Translations under genes and position numbers: made by a program | In this document: piece by piece, positions 11,030 to 19,542 of the stretch | Layout: each line of letters starts with the position of its first letter | Position numbering within the stretch: position 1 is the stretch's first letter | Origin: Chiloscyllium plagiosum | Lineage: Eukaryota | Length of the DNA stretch: 20,000 nucleotides | Reading direction: 5' to 3' | NCBI RefSeq assembly: GCF_004010195.1 | Contig: NC_057711.1 | Span: 78,550,063-78,570,062, forward strand | The notes under the pieces: generated by a model | Database searches by the model: none | Told to the model about the DNA's origin: nothing | What the model saw: the letters and a program-made list of their open reading frames with translations, nothing else

Positions 11030-11960
11030 CTCAGAATGCTGGAGGAGGGGAGCTGCGGGCCATTAAAACAGCAATCCTGCTGCTGTAAAATACAATAGGG
11101 GAGACACCATGGAGGGATTAAATAAGAGTGGGCGGCACGGTGGCATAGTGGTTAGCACTGCTGCCTCATAGCGCTAGAGACCCGGGTTCAATTCCCACCT
11201 CAGGCGACTCTCTGTGTGGAGTTTACACATTCTCCCCGTGTCTGCGTGGGTTTCCTCCGGGTGCTCCAGTTTCCTCCCACAGTCCAAAAATGTGCAGGTT
11301 AGGTGAATTGGCCATGCTAAATTGCCCGTAGTGTTAGGTGAAGGGGTAAATGTAGGGGAATGGGTCTGGGTGGGTGGCGGGTCGGTGTGGACTTCTTGGG
11401 CCGAAGGGCCTGTTTCCACACTGTAAGTAATCTAATCTAACAGTAGGCAGCAAAAGAGAGAGCACCCAACTGTATTTGCTTTGGTGCTTGTGGACACAGT
11501 TCACAGAAACGTTTGGTAACCTAGATCAGACTGTCCTGACACCACAAAGTAGGGCAAATTCGACTCAAATACTTGTGTCACATCACACTGAGGCAGTGAG
11601 GAAATCCTTCGAAAACATTGATCTCACAGACAACCTCCTTACAGAACAATGGGTGATAAGGAGCATAGTCCAGGCTTGGGAGAAAGAGATTCATGAATCA
11701 GAGCTCCCCAATTCAGGCAAAGGAAAAATGCACGCACTAAAAGCCGCAAACCCCAGTCCCGTGTGGAGCAGTGTTGTTATCAGAGCCACCCAGTTCCATA
11801 TGCCCATTCCACAGTGAAAAGTAGGGATCAGCGACAGGGTTACACAAAGCAGCAGTCACCGCTGCAAGGGAAATGCTACAATTTGGTCATACAGACCATT
11901 TTGCAAGGACTGCAGGGACCCAGGAGCCAGGCTAAAGGCCCTAGTCCATGCCGCTGGAAG
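11030..11960 (+). pseudogene. gag: gag remnant with CCHC zinc knuckle (split by an HE1 SINE)
   Basis: AAVKYNRGDTMEGLNK|SRQQKREHPTVFA continues across the SINE, followed by ORF 11476-11817. 11874-11913 (TGCTACAATTTGGTCATACAGACCATTTTGCAAGGACTGC) restores to C-Y-N-(C)-G-H-T-D-H-F-A-R-(D)-C with two 1-nt insertions. Confidence 0.65.
11130..11440 (+). mobile_element. HE1-type V-SINE, full length
   Basis: Pol III A box TGGCATAGTGG (11141-11151), B box GGTTCAATTCC (11185-11195), V-domain at about 11212-11285, tail GGGCCGAAGGGCCTGTTTCCACACTGTAAGTAATCTAATCTAA. Confidence 0.92.
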
Positions 11961-12433
11961 GACAAAGAGACAAGCAGCAGTTAATTTGGTTGGGGAGATC
12001 ACGCTGCCAAATTTAATGCAGGAAATCGTACCATCTAATTCATTGCCTGCCATCACCCAGTAGTGCTAGTTAATCTCCATACAGACTCCAAGCACAGCTT
12101 AGGCTTGGGCCTTATGGCGGTGTAATTTAACTTTGACCTGGCCACTTGATTATTTAGCAAATGCCCGAGCTCGATGAAGCCCCAGTGGAGATTGTGAGAT
12201 ACACATACACACAGAGAATGTGTACCATGGGGGAGTTGTGGACTATACTCACTGAAATGACTGAGGACCCAGCAGCGCAGGCAATTCTCACAAAGTACAA
12301 ACATGACTGTGGTTGTACTGGGGGTGAGGTACTGATAGATAAACTGGACCCAAAGCCACAAAAACAATACACTTTCCCCAAGAGGGAGAGGGGAAGGTAG
12401 TCATGCTCATTAGCAACTTGTTAAAACAAGGAG

Positions 12434-12642
12434 AAAGTGAAGGCTGCAGATGCTGGAGAATCATAGTCAAAAAGGGTAACGCTGGAAAAGCTCAGTGGGT
12501 CAGGCAGCATCCGAGAAGCAGGAGAGCTGACATTTTGGGCATAACCCTTCCTGATCAAGGGCTGATGCCCGAAGTATAGGTTCTCCTGCTCCTCCGGATG
12601 CTGCTTGATCTGCTGTGCTTTTCCAGTGTCACCCTTTTCCAC
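12434..12642. mobile_element. Fold-back PLE family A insertion with 15-bp target-site duplication
   Basis: Minus arm 12434-12550 and plus arm 12551-12642, flanked by TGTTAAAACAAGGAG at 12419-12433 and 12643-12657. Excision restores the RT frame. Confidence 0.85.
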
Positions 12643-12777
12643 TGTTAAAACAAGGAGCAGTACGTCTTGCAGTGTCAACCAATAACCCACCAATATGGCT
12701 AGTTAATAAACTGAATAGCTCTTCGTGGCTCACCATCGATTACAGGGATGTAAATAAAACCTTATCATGGCACTGAC

Positions 12778-12846
12778 TGGCTGTGCTTTTCCAGCGCCAC
12801 ACATTTTAACTCTGATCTCCAGCATCTGCATTTCTCAATTTCTCCC
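12778..12846 (+). mobile_element. Short PLE family A tail with 12-bp target-site duplication
   Basis: GCTGTGCTTTTCCAGCGCCAC...CTCCAGCATCTGCA, flanked by CATGGCACTGAC at 12766-12777 and 12847-12858. Confidence 0.8.
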
Positions 12847-13394
12847 CATGGCACTGACAGCAGTGACTAGCCCTGAAACCATGATGAGACAGGCCCGTGG
12901 ACAAAATATTTCACATTAGATGTAGCTTTTGGTCCAATCCACTCCACTTACACTAGCATTATTTTTTGCCTTCACATTTCAGCGTCAGCAATACACAGGG
13001 ACCTGTTTGTCCCAGGGTTTTCACAATTCTCTGTCAATATTTCATCAGAGGCTTTAAAGTTTTAGATAGGTTATCTAGACTGTTTGGTCAAGCAATTGGA
13101 CAACCTCTTCCTGCAGAGAGACAAGGACTGAACATTGGATGTTGTTAAAGGAACTGTTCGCCCTTCTCACCACTACAGGACTAAATGTTAATTCCAAAAA
13201 GGTAGACTTCAGGATGTGCTGGGCCTCATTCTTGGGAACTGTGATAGCTCAGGAGAAACACAAAATAGTAAGCTTATTGAGTTCCTTTCTGGGATTGTGG
13301 AATAGTGTTAAAACAACATTGATGGTTTCTCCACTAAAGCTGCTCCACTCTCTGACCTTTTTAAAAGGAATGCCCCGTGGGAGTGATCACTGTT

Positions 13395-13720
13395 GCTGAA
13401 TTAAAACAGGCTCCTCAACTTCCTTTCATCTCAGACGATGCAGCCACTGATGCCATACTGGCAGTCAGACAACGTCGAGAACGAGACAATACACTCAGAT
13501 TGGTAGCCTTAATCTCCAAAATTCTTTAATTAGTAGAGTAGGGCTTCCTCATGTGAGAGGAATACTTGCTAACCATGTTCGGAGTGGGACAACATTTTCC
13601 ATTTATTATTGGCATGAACACCCCCAACCATTGTGATGGATCACACCCCATTTTGCTGGATGGCAGGATTAAAGGTGGTATGATCAGTCAAAATTGCATT
13701 GTGCACTGGTCCCTAATGTT
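13395..13720 (+). pseudogene. pol: pol: first RNase H-like domain (Ty3/gypsy-type, tether/connection)
   Basis: One frame reads AELKQAPQLPFISDDAATDAILAVRQRRERDNTLRLVALISKIL*LVE*GFLM*EEYLLTMFGVGQHFPFIIG...LLDGRIKGGMISQNCIVHWSLM, fitting 'PF.L..DA....AVL.Q....LRPVAY.SK.L...E..Y...E..LLA......HF...R..RW.L.L'. Confidence 0.75.
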
Positions 13721-14043
13721 AAAGGATTGATTTGGTGATTGGAATGAGGCTAGTAAAGTGGACCTCATAAAATATGAGTTCCCTGAGTGACGCTGTTAAC
13801 CTGGTCAATTATGGAGCCCTGGCTGACATATGTAAACAGGAATGTCAGAGGTTCTGGTCAGTCTTAGAGCCAGCTTTGAGATACCAGGGTCAGTGTCACG
13901 TACAATGTACGGTAAATAAAGCATTACTTGATGACAGGATGTCAGCCTTCATGGAGTTATTTCAGTTATGACATTGCAGTCAAATGTACCAAACAGCCCA
14001 TCTTCCTAGCTGACAATTTGAGCTATGGAGGTGAAGCCCATTA

Positions 14044-14133
14044 TTCTGGATTTGTGGTGCTGGAAAAGCACAGCAGTTCAGGCAGCATCCGAGAAGCAGT
14101 AAAATCGATGTTTTGGGCAAAAGCCCTTCATCA
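14044..14133 (-). mobile_element. PLE family A insertion (decayed hammerhead) with 13-bp target-site duplication
   Basis: Reverse complement begins TGATGAAGGGCTTTTGCCCAAAACATCG. Flanks are GTGAAGCCCATTA (14031-14043) and GTGAAGCCTATTA (14134-14146), one mismatch. Confidence 0.82.
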
Positions 14134-14279
14134 GTGAAGCCTATTAGCATCAAGTTGTGGCAACAAATGTCTCTAAGGAATCATTTGTGCCAAAACAAAA
14201 TCAAGGAACCTGGGGAGCAGAAGACAAATTCCCCCCATAAGAGCATTCATAAATCCTGGACATTGGAAGACAGGATGTG

Positions 14280-14632
14280 ATGTATAAATGGAGATCTACA
14301 GGGCCAAACCCCAAATAAGTTAGTGTTGAAGCTCCCCACAAAGTAAGTCCTCATGTTGTCGAGCTAGCAGCTATAGCATACGTGTTCAGCCATGCTGCAA
14401 AATTGTCCCCACCAGCAGACATACTCTCAGACAGCATGTATGTCTGCAACAGCTTAAATGATTTCCGGCTACTGTGGGAAGCTAGAGGATTCAACTTGAC
14501 AGACAGGAAACTATTACTGCTCAAATTTATTCTCTAAACTGCCCAAGGCTGTGAATACAGTATCATTGATGTTAGAGCCCACCATTGAACTTCCCCAACT
14601 GGGAACATAAAGGGAAGATGAATTGGCTAAGC
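14280..14632 (+). pseudogene. pol: pol: second, retrovirus-type RNase HI domain
   Basis: From 14346: SPHVVELAAIAYVFSHAAKLSPPADILSDSMYVCNSLNDFRLLWEARGFNLTDRKLL...SIIDVRAHH*TSPTGNIK/DELAK, matching 'SAQ.AEL.A...I.TDS.Y...W..RGF...V.AH...GN..AD.LAK'. Confidence 0.85.
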
Positions 14633-14835
14633 AGAGTGACAATGAAAGAGAACCATGGCAGCACCCCATTCTGGAACACATAGATCCTGTCGCTGTGAGC
14701 CAAACCGAAGTTGAAGATCAGGTACACGCTCAGATTAGTGACACCAAATTAAAGCAAGTATGGAAGCGAATGATCCCCACCATGACAGCATGTGGGAGGA
14801 CAAGTTAAGAAGGAAGAATGGACTTGTTCTCCAAG

Positions 14836-16382
14836 GTCATAGAATCACACAGTCATAGAGATGTACAGCATGGAAATAGATCCTTCAGTCCAACTTGTCC
14901 ATGCTGACCAGATATCCTAAATTAATCCAATCCCATTTGTCATCATTTGGCTCATATCCCTCTAAACCCATCCCATTCATATACCCATCCACATGCTTTT
15001 TAAATGTTGTGATTTCTCTGGCAGCTCATTCCATACACACACCTCTGTGTGAAAAAGTTGCCCGTTATGTCCCTTTTAAAGCTTTTCCCTCTCCCCTTGA
15101 ATCTATGACCTCTAGTTTTGGACTCCGTTACCCTGGGGAAAAGACCTTGGCTATTCACCTTATCTATGCCCCTCATGATTTTATAAATTTCTATGAGGTC
15201 ACCCCTCAGCCTCCAATGCTCCAGGGAAAATAGCCCCAGCCTTTTCAGCCTCTTCCTATAGCTCAAACCCTCCATCCCTGGCAACATCCTTGCAAATCTT
15301 TTCTGAACCCTTTCAAGTTTCACAACATCCTTCTAATAGGAGGGAGACTGGAATTGAATGCAGTGCTCCAAAAGTGACCTAACCAATGTTCTGTACAGCT
15401 ACAACATGACCTCCCAACTCTTATACTCAGTGCACTGACCATCAAAGGCAAGCATACCAACACTTTCTTCAAGCAACTGTGCACCTGCACTCTAAGGTCC
15501 CTTTGTTCAGCAACACTCTCCAGGACCTTACCATTAAGTGTATAAGTCCTGTCCTGAATGGCCTTTCCAAAATGCAGCATCTCACATTTATCTAAATTAA
15601 ACTCCACCTGCCACTCCTCAGCCCATTGTCCCATCTGATCAAGGTCCTGTTGTACTCTAAGGTAACCTTCTTCGCTGTCCACTACAATTCCAATTTTGGT
15701 GTCACCTGCAAACATACTAACCATATGTCCTATGCTCACATCCAAATCATTTATATAAATGACAAAAAGCGGTGGACCAGCACCAGTCCTTGTGGCATAT
15801 CACTGGTTATGGGCCTCCAGTCTGAAAAGCAACCCTCCATCATCCTCTGTTTCCCATTTTCAAGCCAATCTGTATCCAAGTGGCTAGTTCTCCCTGTCTG
15901 CCATGTGTTCAAACTTTGCAATTAGTCTATCATGCGGAACCAGAACGCTTTACCGAAGTCCACATAGATCACGTCCACTGCTCTATCTTTATCAATCTTC
16001 TTCATTACTTCTTCAAAGAATTCAACTAAGTTAGTGAGATGTGATTTCCCACACACAAATGTTGACTATCACTAATCAGTTCCTGCCTTTCCAAATACAT
16101 GTAAATCCTGTCTCTCAGGATTCTCTCCAACAACCTGCCCAAGACTAATGTCAGGCTCACCATTCTAGAATTACCTGGTTTTAGAGTCATAAAGATGTAC
16201 AGCATGAAAACAGACCCTTCAGTCCAACTTGTCTATGCAGATCAGATATCCTAAATTAAACAAGTCCCATTTGCCAGAATTTGGCCCATATCCATCTAAA
16301 CTCTTCTTATTATCTACCCATCGTTCCTTAGCACTTTTCTTAAATTGTGGCACCATAATGACCAATCTCCAGTTTTCCGGCT
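14836..16382 (-). mobile_element. 5'-truncated CR1 LINE inserted antisense into the retroviral integrase region
   Basis: ORFs 15320-15745 (SMFAGDTKIG...WAEEWQVEFNLDKCEMLHFG) and 15000-15323 (KLERVQKRFARMLPG...LFSLEHWRLRGDLIEIYKI...TRGH); CR1 3' tail at 14836-14990; several frameshifts. Confidence 0.9.
16181..16310 (-). mobile_element. Second CR1 3' tail nested within the CR1 copy
   Basis: AGTCATAAAGATGTACAGCATG...CCTTCAGTCCAACTTGTC...CAGATATCCTAAATTAA...CATATCC.TCTAAAC duplicates 14851-14968. Confidence 0.8.
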
Positions 16383-16605
16383 CTCTCGTCCAGGACAGAA
16401 ATCAAGTGATTTATCAATCTATGAGTTCAAGGACTTCAAGGGACAGACATTATGACTAACAGAATTAAGGAATTGTGTTGGTGGTCAGAAATGGAAAAAG
16501 ACATAAAACATTGAGTCAAGAATTGTAATACCAGCATCCAGAACAATCCAAGCAGGATCGTCAATAAAGGTGGTGAGGCATACTAGGCCAGTAGCAGCAC
16601 CATGA
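16383..16605 (+). pseudogene. pol: pol: integrase N-terminal zinc-binding remnant
   Basis: VQDRNQVIYQ ... GTDIMTNRIKELCWWSEMEKDIKH*VKNCNTSIQNNP ... VRHTRPVAAP*, fitting 'GH.G...T...L....WWP.M..D....V..C..C' followed by 'P...PW'. Confidence 0.78.
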
Positions 16606-17131
16606 AGAGAGGTGCAGTGGTTTTGATGAGGTTTGTCCTGAGCAGCGCCATGTTGTAGGCTTATGTGTTCTATGGGCTGTTCCCTGGGATGCACACTGAA
16701 ACAAACATTGACCGCATCTGGAAGACAATCAACTTGGTGAAAGAAGTTCTTTGGTCTGCTGAAACTTGTCAGTCTTCCAGTGCAATGTTGACCTTGACCA
16801 AATATTGGAGTCTGGCACATGCAAAAGTCCAGGACTACAGCTGAGGGTTGCATTGAAGTTTGGGGCAGCTGGAGGGGGGGAGGGGGGTGGAGTCCTTCTG
16901 CCAAAGTACAATAGGGGTCCATTGAGTTATCAGACCCTCACGGTTCCTCAAAGGTACATAAATATGGTCCTGTAGAATTAAGAAATACCTTAGGGTTTTT
17001 TTGCAACTGCAAGGAATGCCAATTTCTATTGTTTGATATTCGAGTGCAAAGACTGTACAGAAATACTTCAGTATCTGCATATGTACATGAAGAATTTTTA
17101 AGAACAAAGCATATTTTTTGCAATAAAAAAA
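16606..17131 (+). mobile_element. Tx1-type (L1 clade) LINE 3' end with A-tail
   Basis: REVQWF/MRFVLSSAML*AYVFYGLFPGMHTETNIDRIWKTINLVKEVLWSA...ALKFGAA resembles the Tx1 ORF2 C-terminus (recognised from memory). An AT-rich 3' UTR follows, ending AATAAAAAAA (17122-17131). Confidence 0.65.
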
Positions 17132-17238
17132 TTTCAGATCCCCATTTGGTGGTGGACATAGTCAGTCCATCTTTGTACAGAATTTTGCGAGATACGAAAA
17201 AGACAGGGTGACACCATGTTAATCAATTAAAGACCTAT
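17132..17238 (+). pseudogene. pol: pol: integrase C-terminal GPY/F module remnant
   Basis: SDPHLVVDIVSPSLYRILRDTKKTG*HHVNQLKTY fits the 'GPY.V......Y.I.......HV..LK.Y' module. Confidence 0.72.
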
Positions 17239-17933
17239 GTTAGGTTCTTTTTCTTGAGATTCTTAAACACACCAACTTTTGTGAACAACCAAAATTTTAA
17301 AAAGCACAGTACAGTGCAATCTTTCTGGCGAAACCTTTTAACATATTTCGCAGGGCTTGCAGAGCCGTATCAAAGGTCTCTCTCCGAATAAAGGAAACAG
17401 TCCTTGCTTTATACAAAACCTTTACATCACAGTCAGTGATGCCTACAAGACAAACTCCCCCCGTCCCCAAGTCACTCCCTCACAGTCACATGCCACTCAA
17501 GACACAATGCAGTGACTACATCATTTCCAGAAACAATATCATGTAAATCATCCCTTAATGGTCAAATCTGTTGTGAATCTTTTTTTTTATTACAGGGAGT
17601 AGTCAAAATTCCAACTGCAATGTTCTTACTGGTTTCGAATAGGATGACGATAATGTAATTCCTTTATCCTGAATAACCAGGAAATGGCCATGTAAATGGC
17701 TCTGAATGGCAAGATATGGGAATGTAAATTCCTTACAATCATCCTTTAAGAGAGACCTCCTGGAGGATCCAAGATGGCGGCGACCCAGCAAGACTGAGTC
17801 GATAGTGCTCCTCCCAAGACTTGGGTACAGTGGGTCACCCACCCCCTACCACGCTCACCAAATCATTTATAATAGTTGTGTAATTTAATTAGTTGTGTAA
17901 TATTACATTTAAACAATTTAATCCTAAATTCAA

Positions 17934-18791
17934 ATGACTAAAGGGAAGGGAGCCCGCAGCTCTCAGCAAGCAGGAACCCCTCCCCCACCCTCTCCAGCTG
18001 CAGCAGAGGCGTCCACAGCCGCCCCGGGGGACTTACTTACAGTAACAAGCCTTGCAGAAATGATTTCCAAGCTTGACTCGAAGATCGATGCCTTTATTGC
18101 AGAATCCAGAAATCGTTGGGACTCGCTCTTAGCCGCGCTGCAGAAGCAGGACCGAGAGATTCAAGAAATTGAACGCCGAGTCGGAGGGGCGGAGCTAAAG
18201 GCCGCGACCTCCGAGACTACCGCTCAATCGGCCGTGGATCAGGTCCGGACTCTCGAGCAGTGAGTCCGGACCTTGGAAAATCATATTGACGACCTCGATA
18301 ATCGAGGTCGTCGAAAAAATATTCGTTTGCTGGGCCTTCCCGAACGGGAAGAGGAAGGCCAGCTTACAGCATTCCTGGAGCAGTGGCTGCCACAGCTTTT
18401 AAATCTGCAAGCTGCATCAGGCCAGGTAAGGGTAGAGTGGGCCTACCGGGTCGCAATATGCGGGCCCGGTTCGAACCAGCGCCCGCGCCCGGTTCTGTTC
18501 CGGCTGCAGAGCTACAAGGAGAAGCAGATACTCCTAGAAGCCTCTAGAAATCTCGGAAAAGACCCCCAAGCTATGATCTATAAAGGATCCAAGATCATGC
18601 TATTTCAGGACTTTTCCCCGGCTCTGGTTCGAAAGAGGAAGGCATTCGACGAGGCGAAGAAGCGTTTAAGGGACTTAAATATTCAGTGCTCCTTACGCTA
18701 CCCAGCGATGTTACGCTTTAACCATGAAGGATTCGTATATAACTTTGGATCACCAGAAAAGCCTAAGGAATTCTTGGACTCTCTTAGCTAA
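17934..18791 (+). pseudogene. L1 ORF1p (coiled coil, RRM, CTD), 285 codons with one in-frame TGA at 18261-18263
   Basis: ORFs 17934-18263 and 18273-18791 share a frame. Motifs IDDLDNRGRRKNIRLLGLPEREE, RPRPVLFRL, FQDFSPALVRKRKAF, LRYPAMLRF. Confidence 0.92.
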
Positions 18792-18978
18792 ACTGTAAGA
18801 CATAATGGATGTTGGTCTGCCTTTACCCCCGCTTCGGTTTATATCCCACCCCTTTTTTTTCTCTTTTCTCTTACTACTGTTTAATATTATCATGGGGGGT
18901 GGGGAGAGGGATTTGATTTTCTCCCCTCCCCCTTGGGGCTGTTTTCTGTTATTATTTTATGTATATATGAGGGATGTA

Positions 18979-18990
<12 letters not shown>

Positions 18991-19014
<24 letters not shown>
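18991..19014. repeat. (TA)12 microsatellite in the L1 inter-ORF spacer
   Basis: Direct read. Confidence 0.95.
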
Positions 19015-19015
<1 letters not shown>

Positions 19016-19542
19016 GCTGGGGGCTTTGGTTAATGTTGGTGGGGGAAGGTGGTTACCTTATTCAATTTTACCTCTGTCTCTAGGAGCGGAGTTGTTTTCT
19101 CCTTGTTATTTTGTATTATTATATTTAATTATTTTTTGTTGAGGTGGTAATTTTATAATTATATGTTTATATATGGTATTAACATTACCAAATATACCCA
19201 GGTGTTGGTAACGGTGGGGGTAGGGTGCTCACTGTTAACTCTAGCTCTATATTATATTTGAATTCTCCTCATTTTATTGAGGAGTGCCTGGGTCAAGGGT
19301 GGGGCATTGGTTGGGAGAGGATATGAGGGACTTTTGGAGAGGAAGTGACGCCCCCTGGGAACAAGGGGGAAAGTCTCCACTTAGATACGTTTTATATTTT
19401 TTTTATTTAGAAATAGTTTTTTACTGTATTGTTGTGGGTGTATTAAAGAGGCTTTATTTTTGTAAATTTTACATGTTCCACGCTCGGGATGTTCTGGATA
19501 GGGTTCCCCCTCCCGAGGGGTCTCGGATTGGCCCAGAGGATT

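Larger units (their letters stand above)
12290..13380 (+). pseudogene. pol: pol: reverse transcriptase remnant (foamy/loki-like), split by two PLE insertions
   Basis: After removing the insertions: KHDCG...DPKPQKQYTFPK / LISNLLKQGAVRLAVSTNNPPIWLVNKLNSSSWLTIDYRDVNKT / FAFTFQRQQYTGTCLSQGFHNSLSIFHQ / DCLVKQLDNLFLQ (decayed YxDD, 13093-13104) / LKELFALLTTTGLNVNSKK...FLG. Confidence 0.88.
11030..17238 (+). mobile_element. Decayed endogenous retrovirus-like LTR element (gag-pol, dual RNase H), interrupted by nested insertions
   Basis: Colinear + strand remnants of gag (CCHC), RT, tether RNase H, RNase H and integrase (see sub-features). No LTRs, PBS or env identified. The 5' boundary is uncertain. 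Confidence 0.85.

Noticed and set aside
11130..11205. tRNA-like A and B boxes suggesting a tRNA gene
   Set aside because: Continues directly into the V-domain and LINE-like tail; it is the SINE head, as is about 3280-3350 on the minus strand.
17239..17745. Candidate env or 3' LTR of the retroviral element (AATAAA near 17388)
   Set aside because: No env-like reading frame, polypurine tract, TG...CA ends or matching 5' LTR could be identified.
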